Source of the DNA: Anaeramoeba ignava BMAN
Taxonomy: Eukaryota; Protista; Anaeramoebae
DNA length: 64,000 nucleotides
Direction: 5' to 3'
NCBI GenBank assembly: GCA_028826165.1
Contig: JAPDFW010000076.1
Span: 186,001-250,000, forward strand
In this document: piece by piece, positions 49,991-61,877 of the stretch
Numbering within the stretch: position 1 is the first letter of the stretch
How the letters are laid out: every line of letters begins with the position of its first letter
Position numbers and translations under genes: made by a program
Notes under the pieces: generated by a model
What the model was told of the DNA's origin: nothing
Seen by the model: the letters and a program-made list of their open reading frames with translations, nothing else
The model's database searches: none

Positions 49991-52900
49991 ATGAATATTT
50001 GGAAGATTGTTGAAGAAAATAATATTGAATACTTGAAACAAATTAAAATTATTCCAAAAAATGAATTAAAAAAAGAAAATAAACCAATTTTAAATTTTGC
50101 TATTGAAAAAAAAGTTCCAAAAGAAATGATTCAACTTTTAATTGAAAAAGGAGCAAATCCAAAATCAATTGATAAATCAAGAATGGATTCACTTATAGTT
50201 GCAATTAAAAATAATGCAGAAATTGAAATACTTGATGTTTTGTTTGAAAAAGGAATTGATATTAATAGAAAAAATAGATTTAAAGAAACATTTTTACATT
50301 ATGCTTGCCAAAATCAAAATCCATCATTTGAGATTATCAAATATTTAGTTGAAAAAGGAATTGATATTCATTCAAAACCAAAATATAATTATACAGCTTT
50401 ACATTATGCTTGCAAAAATCAAAATTCATCATTTGAGATTATCAAATATTTAGTTGAAAAAGGAATTGATATTCATTCACAAGCAAAATATAATCATACA
50501 ACTTTACATTATGCTTGCAAAAATAAAAATTCATCATTTGAAATTATCAAATATTTAGTTGAAAAAGGAGTTGATATTAATTCACAAGCAGAAAGAAGTA
50601 ATTATACAGCTTTACATTATGCTTGCGAAAATGAAAATCCATCATTTGAAATTATCAAATTTCTTCTTGAAAAAGGAGCTGATATTAATTCAAAAGCACA
50701 CAATAATTATACAGCTTTACATCTTGCTTGCCAAAATAAAAATTCATCATTTGAAATTATCAAATATTTAGTTGAAAAAGGAATTGATATTCATTTAAAA
50801 ACAATCCATATTAGTTATACAGCTTTACATTATGCTTGTAAAAATGAAAATCCATCATTTGAAATTATTAAATATTTAATCGAAAAAGGAGTTGATATTA
50901 ATCCACAAGTAGAATATAATCTTACATTTTTACATTATTCTTGCAAAAATAAAAATTCATCATTTGAAATTATCAAATATTTAGTTGAAAAAGGAATTGA
51001 TATTAATTCAAAAGCAAAATATAATTATACAGCTTTACATTATGCTTGCGAAAATGAAAATCCATCATTTGAGATTATCAAATATTTAGTTGAAAAAGGA
51101 ATTGATATTAATTCAAAAACAAAATATAATTATACAGCTCTACATCTTGCTTGCCAAAATGAAAATTCATCCTTTGAAATTATCCAATATTTAGTTGAAA
51201 AAGGAATTGATATTAATGCAAAAATAGACAATAATGAAACAGCTTTACATTATGCTTGCGAAAATTCATCATTTGAAATTATTAAATATTTAGTTGAAAA
51301 AGGAATTGATATTAATTCAAAAACAAAATATAATCATACAACTTTACATTATGCTTGTAAAAATAAAAATTCATCCTTTGAAATTATCAAATATTTAATT
51401 GAAGAAGGAGTTGATATTAATTCAAAAACAGATAATAATTATACACCTTTACATTATGCTTGCGGAAATGAAAATACATCATTTGAAATTATCAAATTTC
51501 TAGTTGAAAAAGGAATTGATATTAATCAAATAGAAATACAAAACCATTATACAGCTTTATATTATGCCTGTAAAAATAAAAAACCTTCACTTAAAATTAT
51601 TCAATATTTGGTTGAAAAAGTAATTGATACTAACGAAGGAAACTTCATAAAAAAGGGAAAAGTTTTAGATCTTTCTTGCGAAAATGAAAATTCATCATTT
51701 GAAATTATCAAATATTTACTTGAAAAAGGAATTGATATGAATAAAAAACCAAAGAATGGTGTTAGAATACATTATTGTTTTGACCACCTTGATTATTTTT
51801 ACCCATATGGATTTTATAAAGAAAATGTTCTTAATGAAATGGCTTTACATTATGCTTGCAAAAATAGAAATCCATCCTTTGAAATTATCAAAATTTTGGT
51901 TGAAAAAGGAATTAATATTAATAACAAAGCAAAATATAATTATACACCTTTACATTACGCTTGCCAAAATGAAAATTCATCCTTTGAAATTATCAAATTT
52001 CTAGTTGAAAAAGGGGCTAGTATTAATGCAAAAACAGAAAAAAATGAAACACCTTTGCATATTGCTCATATAAATCCAAATTGTTCAATTGAAACTATCA
52101 AGTTTCTTATTGATAAAGTAATAGATTCTAATTCCACAACAAAAGAAGGTGAAAGATTTTTACATTATGCTTGTCAAATCCAAAACCCATCTTTTGAAAT
52201 TATCAATTATTTGATTGAAAAAGGAATTGATATTAATGCTAAAACAGATAAAAATGAAACAGCTTTTCATTTTATTTGCAAAAACAGAATTTTATCATGT
52301 GAAGTCATTGAATTTTTTATTGAAAAAGAAATTGATATTAATGCCAAAACAGATAAAAATGAAACAGCTTTTCATTATGTTTGTCAAAATCAAAATCCTT
52401 CATTTGAAATTATCAAATATTTGGTTGAAAAAGAAATTGATATTAATGCCAAAACAGATAAAAATGAAACAGCTTTACATTATGTTTGTCAAAATCAAAA
52501 CCCATTGTTTGAAACTATCAAATATTTGGTTGAAAAAGGAATTGATATTAATGCCAAAACAGATAAAAATGAAACAGCTTTACATATTTTTTGTAAAAGT
52601 GAAAATGCATCATTAGAAACTATCAAATATTTGGTTGAAAAAGGAATTGATATTAATGCCAAAACAGATAAAAATGAAACAGCTTTACATATTTTTTGTG
52701 AAAAAAAAGATGCATCATTAGAAACTATCAATTATTTGGTTGAAAAAGGAATTGATATTAATGCTAAAACAGATAAAAATGAAACAGCTCTACATATTTT
52801 TTGTAAACATCAATATCCATCTCTTGAAATTATCAACTTTCTAGTTGAAAAAGGAATTGATATTAATGCAAAAACTAATGACAATGAAACAGCTTTATAT

Positions 52901-54172
52901 ATTTTTTGTAAACATCATTATCCATCACTTAGAATTATCAAATATCTGGTTGAAAAAGGAATTGATATTAATACCAAAAATAATGAAAACAAAACATTAC
53001 TACTTCTTATTTGTGAAAAAGAATATCCATCATTTGAAACTATAAAGTACTTGATTGAGAAAGGAATTGATATTAATGCAAAAACAAATTTCGATCAAAA
53101 CGCTTTACATTTGATTTGTGAAAATAACAATTTTTCTTTTGAGGTTATCAAATATTTGATTGAGAGAGGAATTGATATTAATGCCAAAACAAAAAAAAAT
53201 ATGACAGCTTTGCATATACTTTCCCTAAATTATAAACAATCATTTGAATCTATTACATATCTTATTAGAGCAGGAATTGATATTAACATAAGAGCATTTA
53301 ATGGGAAAACAGCTCTTCCAATTGCAATTAGTCGAAAAAATAAAGATATTATTGAATTTATGTTAGTACATGAAGCAAATTTCTTTGGATTAACAAAAGA
53401 GGAAATTACAGATCAGTTTGTGGAAATATTCTTCAAAGTTTATTCAATTAATGAAGATATGAACAAATTATTGAATTCAAATAATAATTTTTCTGATTAT
53501 CAAATTCAATCAAATGATGGATTTAAATTTCATGCTCATAAATTGATTCTTCTAACAAGATTTAATAATGACACTTCACTTTTGGAAAGGTTTGTTAATC
53601 TTTGCTCTGAAAAACCAAAAGAAGTTGTTCAAGGTTGTTTAAATTTTCTTTATGATGGAATTTCTGATTTTGAGAAAATTAGTGAAATGATGAATCAAAA
53701 AATTGGTACATCCCATGTTGAAGATATATTTGCAAATCGAAAGAAATTGACACAATTTCTCCAAGAAATTGGAATTAATACAAATTGGTTTTTTGCAAAA
53801 AAAGGAAGGCAAGGTGTAATAAGAGATTTACATCATTTATATGAACAAAATGAAACAAAAGATTTCACAATAATTTGTGGAGAAGAAAAAGAAATTAAAG
53901 TTCATAAATTAATTTTGATTGCAAGAAGTGAATTATTTAAGGGAATGTTCCAATTAAATACCGGAGACTCTTCAAATCAAGTTCATGATTATTCACAAAA
54001 ATCATTTGAAACAATTCAACAATTAATTTATTTTCTTTATCATGATAATTTTGAAAAAAAAATTACAAGAGAAATGATTCAAGAATATGAAGATTTAAAA
54101 GATTATTATCAATTAAATCAAAATTCTCGAATTGATTTAATTTTGGAAAGGATGAAAAAAAATTCAAATTAA
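49991..54172 (+). CDS. Intronless ankyrin-repeat (~30 repeats) + tandem BTB/POZ protein
   Basis: 35-aa repeat NYTALHYACxNxNxSFEIIKYLVEKGIDINxK; C-terminal SDYQI...HAHKLIL and KDFTIIC...VHKLILIARSELFKGMF. Confidence 0.93.
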   Translation: MNIWKIVEENNIEYLKQIKIIPKNELKKENKPILNFAIEKKVPKEMIQLLIEKGANPKSIDKSRMDSLIVAIKNNAEIEILDVLFEKGIDINRKNRFKETFLHYACQNQNPSFEIIKYLVEKGIDIHSKPKYNYTALHYACKNQNSSFEIIKYLVEKGIDIHSQAKYNHTTLHYACKNKNSSFEIIKYLVEKGVDINSQAERSNYTALHYACENENPSFEIIKFLLEKGADINSKAHNNYTALHLACQNKNSSFEIIKYLVEKGIDIHLKTIHISYTALHYACKNENPSFEIIKYLIEKGVDINPQVEYNLTFLHYSCKNKNSSFEIIKYLVEKGIDINSKAKYNYTALHYACENENPSFEIIKYLVEKGIDINSKTKYNYTALHLACQNENSSFEIIQYLVEKGIDINAKIDNNETALHYACENSSFEIIKYLVEKGIDINSKTKYNHTTLHYACKNKNSSFEIIKYLIEEGVDINSKTDNNYTPLHYACGNENTSFEIIKFLVEKGIDINQIEIQNHYTALYYACKNKKPSLKIIQYLVEKVIDTNEGNFIKKGKVLDLSCENENSSFEIIKYLLEKGIDMNKKPKNGVRIHYCFDHLDYFYPYGFYKENVLNEMALHYACKNRNPSFEIIKILVEKGININNKAKYNYTPLHYACQNENSSFEIIKFLVEKGASINAKTEKNETPLHIAHINPNCSIETIKFLIDKVIDSNSTTKEGERFLHYACQIQNPSFEIINYLIEKGIDINAKTDKNETAFHFICKNRILSCEVIEFFIEKEIDINAKTDKNETAFHYVCQNQNPSFEIIKYLVEKEIDINAKTDKNETALHYVCQNQNPLFETIKYLVEKGIDINAKTDKNETALHIFCKSENASLETIKYLVEKGIDINAKTDKNETALHIFCEKKDASLETINYLVEKGIDINAKTDKNETALHIFCKHQYPSLEIINFLVEKGIDINAKTNDNETALYIFCKHHYPSLRIIKYLVEKGIDINTKNNENKTLLLLICEKEYPSFETIKYLIEKGIDINAKTNFDQNALHLICENNNFSFEVIKYLIERGIDINAKTKKNMTALHILSLNYKQSFESITYLIRAGIDINIRAFNGKTALPIAISRKNKDIIEFMLVHEANFFGLTKEEITDQFVEIFFKVYSINEDMNKLLNSNNNFSDYQIQSNDGFKFHAHKLILLTRFNNDTSLLERFVNLCSEKPKEVVQGCLNFLYDGISDFEKISEMMNQKIGTSHVEDIFANRKKLTQFLQEIGINTNWFFAKKGRQGVIRDLHHLYEQNETKDFTIICGEEKEIKVHKLILIARSELFKGMFQLNTGDSSNQVHDYSQKSFETIQQLIYFLYHDNFEKKITREMIQEYEDLKDYYQLNQNSRIDLILERMKKNSN

Positions 54173-54235
54173 TTTCAAATCAAATCAAAATTTTTTCATT
54201 TTTTTCATTTTTTTCATTTTTTTTATTTTTTAAAA

Positions 54236-57200
54236 ATGGATAATGATCCAGAAAATCAATTAAAAAAAAAAGAAATCCAACAAAAACTTGAGAATTTTAA
54301 AATTAAAAATGTTAAACAAATTGACGATCTTATTTATGAACATGGATATGATATTGAAATTGGATATGAAAAAAGATCACTTTTGCATTATGCTTGCATA
54401 GTAGAATTTGATGCAGAATTGGTTGAATTGCTTGTTAAAGAAGGAGTTGATGTAAATAAGAAGGATTTCGATAGAAACACACCTATTCATTTTGCATGTT
54501 CTCGAAAAGAACCAAACCTTGATTTAATTCAATTACTTATTAAATTAGGAGCTGAAATTGGCGCTATAAATTTTAAGCATGAAACTCCACTTATTTTAGC
54601 TTGTAGTCATCATTATCCAAAAAATATTATTGAATTTCTTATTAAAAATGGAGCAGATGTCAATAAATCTACTCAATCACACAAATTTCCATTTCATTTA
54701 TTACTCGAAAAAAATACAGATATTGAAACTCTCAAATTATTTCTAGATCAAAATATTGATATTAATTGTGTAAATCAAGAATTACAGAATTCACTTCATA
54801 TTGCGATTCGAAAAAATCCTGAATATAATATTGTCAAATTTTTACTTGAAAATGGATTCAAAGTTAATCATCTGGACAGTAAATCAAAAACACCTTTGCA
54901 TTACGCAATACAATCTAATTTAGACGTTTCCATAATAGAGTTGCTTGCGGAATTTGGAGCTGATTTTGAATTTCAAGATGGCAATTCTTTCACTCCTTTT
55001 GATTATGTTTTTTCTCCTAATTTAACACTTGATTATCTTAAAAAAATTCTTCAAATTTTACAAAATCGCAATCTTTTTCAGAAAATAATGGAAGGAAATC
55101 ATCTAAAAAATGCCATTTCTGGGAATGCAAGTGATGAAGTTATTAAGTATCTCACTAATTTGGGGTTTAGTTTGAAAAATGATCCTGAAACAGAAATAAG
55201 TCTTGTGAAATCAGCAATATCGAATCCAAACAAATTCCATATTGTTAAAAATTTCATAACTGAAAACTCTATTAACTATCGAGACCCAAATATGGGAACA
55301 CTTCTTCATTTGGCATGCATGAAGAAAAACAATTCTGAGCTCATTAAATTTCTCGTTTCTAAAGGAATTGATATCAATTACACAAATCATGGTCGAAAAT
55401 CTCTTGCTCTCTCTCATGCCTTCTATAATGATTATGAAGACTCAATAATTGAAATTCTTTTTAATCACGAAACAGATGTAAACTCCCAAATTTCACGAAG
55501 ATCAAAACCTCCACTTCATATTTTATGCGAAAAAAGAAGGAGCATTTCATTAATCAAAAAAATGGTTACAGCATCAAAATGTGATATAAATTTTCAAGAT
55601 TACAAAGGAAAAACTGCATTACATTTGGCATTTTTATCAACTTCAGAAGAAATTGAATCAGAAGATCAAGAAGAAAGTCTTTTTTTTCCTGAAATTGATG
55701 GAGATGATAATCAAGATGATAATGATATCCAAAACATTTTTTCCCAAGACAATATACAAGATTCATATCGATGCCAATTAATCGATTTACTGATTGAAAA
55801 TGGAGCCAGTCTTTCAGTTTTTGATTATACTAGAAAATCACCTTTGCATTATCTTCAATTTGGAAACAAAGAAATTCAACTTGTTAAATTACTTTCAGAA
55901 AAAAAAATAAATTGGAATATTTGCGACGAAATGTCAAGAACACCATTGCATTATGCGTGCTATTTGGATAATTTACCAATAGCTTTACTTGAAATTCTTC
56001 TACAAAATGGAGCAAAGATAAATCTTGGGGATAAAAAGAAAAAAACACCACTTTATATTGCTTGTTCTAAAACACAAAATTATGACATCATTTCAACATT
56101 AATTCAAAATGGAGCAAATGTAAATGCAGCAAATTTAAATGGAAAAACACCCTTATTTGCAGCAAGTGGTAAAAGGAATAATTTGAGAATAATGCAATTA
56201 TTACTTTCTTCAGGATCCAAAATTGAGGCAACTGATTCTGCAAAAAATACAATTTTGCATTATGCTTGTTCCAAAAATATTGAAACTGAAACGATTGAAT
56301 TATTAATCAATTCTGGGATGTTCTGTGTCTGCTTTAAATTCAAGATCAGATACAGTTCTTCATGTTGCTTGTAATAGTGCCTGCTTTTTAAGCACAATCA
56401 AATTATTGATATCGAAAGGAGTTGATGTGAATTCAGTTAATATAAGCAATGAAACTGCTTTGAATAGAGCTTGTCAAAAAAAATCTGGACAAGAAATCAT
56501 ACAGTTTTTATTAGATTCTGGTGCGGATGCTAATATTAAGGATTCATCGAAATTGACACCTTTTTATTATGCTTGTTCTCAAGGATGCGATTCAGAAACC
56601 ATTAAAACATTAATTAGGCACACTGAAGATATTTCAATTAGAGATTATTCAAAAAACACTCCACTTCATTTATTATGCCAAAAAATGACATCGGATGATG
56701 TTATTCAAGCATTAATTGATAAAGGAGCTGATGTAAATGCCTTGAATAACAATTCAGAAACACCTCTTTATCTTGCATGTTCTCGTACTTTGTGTTCTTT
56801 CACTGCTGGTATATTGCTGAAGAATGGAGCAAATCCAAGAATAAAATCTAAACAATGGCATTTGCCAATTACCAAATCAATTGGACTTGGAGATGTTCAA
56901 ACAATTAAAAAGCTTCTTAAATTCGATTCGGATAATAATGTAAAAATTGCATATTGTCATCCATATATTGCTCAATTACTGAATAAGTTTTATTCTATTC
57001 AGCATAACTTGGAATCAATGGTTGATTTTGAAATATTATCTGATATAACTTTTCATTGTTTGGATGGGGATGTTCATTTAAATCGAGTTATTCTTGATCT
57101 TCGACTTGCTGAGGATTTGAATGAAAATTTAAACTCCAAAAAAACAATTTACGATAAATTGGCTGAAGTTTTTTTCTCCAAAATTTGTGATGATGTTATT

Positions 57201-57698
57201 TTCTTTATGAAATTTTTATATTCAGGTTTTATTCCCTTTGAAGATTATGATGAAGATTTACAAAAAATTTATAGTTTTGCTAATGAAATTGGACTTTCAA
57301 ATTCTTGGGTTGATTCCAAAAAAGGATATCTTCATTTAATTCAAGATTTATCAATTTTATATAAGAATGAGAAATCAAAAGATTTTCAAATCAATATTGG
57401 AGAAAAAGCAATCAAAACACACAAAATTATTTTAGCAGCACGTTCTGGTTTATATCGAGCAATGTTTGAATGTGCAAATGAAGACAAATCAAATTCAGTT
57501 ACAGATTATTCTGGGAAATCTATTGAATCAATAGAAAAGATGATTGAATTTTTCTATTTTGATAAAATTGATTCAAATATTCCGATTGAAATTTTTGAAG
57601 AAATGGAAGAATTTAATGAATTTTATCGACTTGAAGAAACGATATTTTCATTAAGAATTTTAGATTGGAAGGAAAAATATGCATTAAAATTTCAATAA
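54236..57698 (+). CDS. Intronless ankyrin-repeat + tandem BTB/POZ protein with one apparent 1-nt frameshift at ~56316
   Basis: The two ORFs join as INSG-CSVSALNSRSDTVLHVAC if one G of GGG (56315-56317) is removed. BTB motif KDFQI...THKIILAARSGLYRAMF. Confidence 0.88.
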
Positions 57699-57779
57699 CA
57701 TTTAAAAATTTCAAAAATAAAAATCAAAATCAAAAATCAAAAATTTTTCATTTTTCTCAAAATAAATATTTCATCGAAA

Positions 57780-58385
57780 ATGGAAAAAATTGAAAATAAA
57801 ATTGAAGACGAATTTGATAAATATGCAGATGAAATTTTACCGAATTTATTTCTGGGAAGTGAAGATGCAGGAACAGTAGATTTAGAATTACTCCAAAAAA
57901 GAAAAATAACACACATTTTAATACCAGCAAATCTTGATAAAAAAAAAGCATTAAAATATCCAAAAGAAATCAATTACAAAATGATTTATGTTGCTGATAT
58001 TTCAGATTATCCAATTCTTCCGTTGTTTGAAGAAGCAAATCAATTCATTTCAAATGTTTTAGAAAAGGGAGAAGAGGCTATTCTAGTTCATTGCGCTTCA
58101 GGAAAAAGTAGAAGTGCTTCTTTTGTAGTTGCTTTTTTGATGAAATTTAAAAATTGGGATTTCAATAATGCTTTTTCTTTTGTTAAAAAAAAAAGACCAC
58201 AAATTTCAATTAAATTTGAAAATCAATTAAAACTTTGGGAAAAATGTCATTTTGATTTTGAATCTCAAATTATTCAAAAAAATCCCGAATTCCAAAAATT
58301 TAAAAGACATATTTTTAATTCAATTAAAAAAAAAAAAATTTCTTTTCAATTTTTTTTTTTCATTTTTTTTTTTCACTTTTTTTAA
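57780..58385 (+). CDS. Dual-specificity protein phosphatase
   Basis: EILPNLFLGS and catalytic VHCASGKSRSAS. The 3' end is uncertain because of a poly-A run. Confidence 0.9.
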   Translation: MEKIENKIEDEFDKYADEILPNLFLGSEDAGTVDLELLQKRKITHILIPANLDKKKALKYPKEINYKMIYVADISDYPILPLFEEANQFISNVLEKGEEAILVHCASGKSRSASFVVAFLMKFKNWDFNNAFSFVKKKRPQISIKFENQLKLWEKCHFDFESQIIQKNPEFQKFKRHIFNSIKKKKISFQFFFFIFFFHFF

Positions 58386-58409
58386 TTATTAAAAAAAAAA
58401 ATAATAATT

Positions 58410-61400
58410 ATGAAAAATATACAATTAAAAAACCAATTAAATTCAATAACAAAAATACTTTCCCAATCAATAGAGCAAATCAACACTTTATTAAATAATC
58501 CAAATAAAACCAAAATCCAAAAAAAACTTTCAGAAGAAGGAAATTCAATTGAAAAAATAATGAGAAGTTGTTTTGGATTTTTGGGGGACAATAGCATTAA
58601 GGACACAAAAGAAACGTTAGAGCACGTGAATCAGGCACTCAAAAGCATTGATAAAAGATTTGATCTTGAATTCAAAAAAATGCAAAAAGAGCAAGTGAAA
58701 GAAGAAACAAATGGAATCCAAACACAAGCAAACACGAAGAAGGTAAATAATCCGCTAGAAGCATTTCTTGAGTCTACAACAATTGAGCCTTTCCAAATCA
58801 CGCACCGCCAACCATTTCCTTTTGCAGGAAGAGTAACGAAGGAAATGAAAAAACTGCCAATCATGCAAGAAATTGAAAAAGAAATTGAAAAAGAAAACAA
58901 GCACAATTTAAACGGCAACGCACTGTTTGGAGACGACGAAGCGTTGTATCTCCAGAATCCCTACGAAACGCAAATCAAGGAACTTGTGTTTCCTAAAGAG
59001 CAATTTGAGGAGAGCGAAGGTGAAAAGGATGGAATAAATTTTGAGTATGAATTTGTGGATACAGAAGAGAGTTTAATACGGATGATCGGCAAATTGAAGA
59101 AGGAAAGAGCCATAGGAATTGATTTGCAGAACCACAATTATCATTCTTATCACGGATTTATTTGTATGATCCAAATATCAACGCAAGATAAAGCATATTT
59201 AGTCGACGCTTTGTCGCAAAATTTGGACATGAAAATGCGGTATCTGGAAGAGATTTTTCTCGACCCAAAGATTGTGAAGGTCTTCCATGACTCGGAAGAG
59301 AAGATTTTGTGGCTGCAGAGAGATTTTCGCATTTATGTTATTAATATGTTTGATTTATACATTGCCGCTAATGTTCTTAATTTTGAAAAAACTGGAATTG
59401 AGGATCTTGTCAAGTTGGTTGAGAATTTTGAGCTTAGCAAACCATCTCACGATTGGGATTGGCGGTTCCGTCCAATTCCCTTTAAGCTGTTGAAATATGC
59501 AAAGGATTATTTACGCTATATTTTGCCCATTTATAATCATATGAAAAAATTATTGAATTCAAAATCACAACAAGAACAGCAAAACGAGATGAAACCCAAA
59601 AAAATGCAACCAAGACTCAAATCCAAATCGTTGACAAAAAAAAACAGCTTTAGAGACAATGGAAGTTTTAAGGGAGTTTCTGTTCAAGACGGGATCAAAA
59701 TTGATCTCGAAAATATTCACGATTTTCAACAGAATTTCCAATTGCTGGTTCTTAAAAAAAGCGCGTTGATTTGCTTGCAACAATATCAACCTGAACAATA
59801 CAATGAAATTCCCTATTTTAATTGCTATGAAAAAACCCAGCAGTTATTCAACCAAAAAATGAGCAATTCGCAGCTCAATTTGTTCCAAGAATTATATAAA
59901 TGGCGCGAGGAAATTGCGCGTGAATCGGATCAAAATCCCGAATTGATTCTTCCCGATTCATATTTATTCCAAATATGTTTAAAACTCCCACAAACACAAG
60001 AAGAATTACTGACAATTTTGAACCAAGTCGTCAAAACAAACTCGAAGGAATTGATCAAGAAAATATACGAGATATTATCCACTCCAGCAAACCCACAGCC
60101 TGTAAATAAACAGAGAGTTGGGTGGAGACAAAATAATTACAAATCAATAAATAACGAACAAACTCGGAATTTTTTGGATCATAAAGAAGATGCTGCTTTG
60201 CAAGATAAAACCGATAAGAAAACACCCTTTTACGGCGGTCTTTCAGAGAAGTCAAAAGCAACAGGCATGAAGAGAGACTCCAAAACACCCAAGTCTGTCA
60301 GAGTTCTTTCGGAACCCGAGACTTTCTTTCAAATTTTCCAGACAACTGACGAAGATCTTCTCAACATACAAAATCAAACGCCTTCAGAACCAATTGAAAT
60401 TTCTATGGGAAACAACCAAAAACAATCTGAAGAGCTCAACTTGACAACCTCAGTCACACCTCCTCAGATTTTCGCTCCCAAAACAGAAAAGGAAATTTAT
60501 CAACTTTCTAATAAAAATCGCAGAAAAAATAAGGAAAAAAAGAAAAAAAGAGAAATAAGGATTTATCCTTCAACTTCTCCTCTTGATTTCGAACTTTTGT
60601 ATGAAAAGAAGGTTCAATTTCAATCTGAATTTGATTCTTCGTCTGAATCTGAATTAATGACAGAAACTGAAAGTGATGCTGATTTTGAAGAAGATGAATC
60701 AATCAATAAAAATAAAAATAAAAATAAAAATAAAAATACAAAATACAAAGAATGAAAATAATATTGAAAATAAAAATAATAATAATAATAATGAAAATAA
60801 TAATGAAAATAATAATGAAAATAATAATAATATTGAAAAGAATATCACTTCTCCTGTTAACAAAGATCCTAATTCAAAATCTCCAAAAGAAAGATCATCC
60901 AAAGAAGACTCACTTGAACAATCAATCAAATTTCTCGAAAAAATTGGTTGGATTAACGATCAAAATAGACAGATTGTCAACTCAGCAATTTACAAAAGAA
61001 CTTCACACAAATCAATATTGAAAAAATCAAATTACGCGCAATCACATGGATATAATTATTACCAAAATCAAAGTTATGATGACAACAATATTTATTACAA
61101 TCCACAAGGATTCTATCACAACCCAAATTACTTCTATCAAGATCCAAATAATCAATATAATTTCAACAACCAAATGAATCAATACGATTATTATTATGAT
61201 TATCAACAAAATCCAAATCCAAATCCAAATCCAAATCAATTTCAACAATTTAATAACTATCAAAATCAACCTCCTTATCATCAATACCAAAATTTTGCTC
61301 CAAATCAATACCAAAATTTTGCTCAAAATCAATACCCATATCAATACCAATATCAAGAACAATTTCCTGAAGAAGTGAATGTGCAAAATATTTCTTATAA

Positions 61401-61755
61401 ACAGAAATTGAAAAATCAATTTGGCGGTAAATCTCGCAAACAACGCAGACATCATAGTTATGATTTACACAATATTTCTCGCAATCAATCTCAACGCAAA
61501 TTCCATAAGCCTTTCCCTGCAAAATCAAGTCTTGTTGGTGAAACAGTTATTCCAACAAATCCTGAAATAATTCCCCAAAATCAAATTGATCCAAATTTTC
61601 CAAATTATCAACAAGAAAATATGGGGTTAATTTCACAACATAATTCAGTATTTGAACCATATTCACAAAGATATTATCTTAAAAAAGGAAGAAGTGAAAG
61701 TGTTGATATTCCTTTTCGAGGAGAAAAGAATTTCCACAATCATCAAAATAATTGA
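58410..61755 (+). CDS. RRP6/EXOSC10-like protein (RNase D exonuclease + HRDC) with substituted catalytic residues and a Q/N/Y-rich tail; apparent frameshift at ~60740
   Basis: NPYETQI, IGIDLQNHNYHSYHGFICMIQIST, IVKVFH...WLQRDF, DWRFRPIP; HRDC LYKWREEIARESD. Confidence 0.85.
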
Positions 61756-61877
61756 AAAAATTTTTAATTGAAAAATTTTTAATTGAAAAATTGTTTTTGT
61801 TTTTTTTTTGATTTTTTATGAATTGAAGAAGAAAAGCAAATTAAAAAGAAAGAAAAAATTTGTTTTGAATTTTTCTT

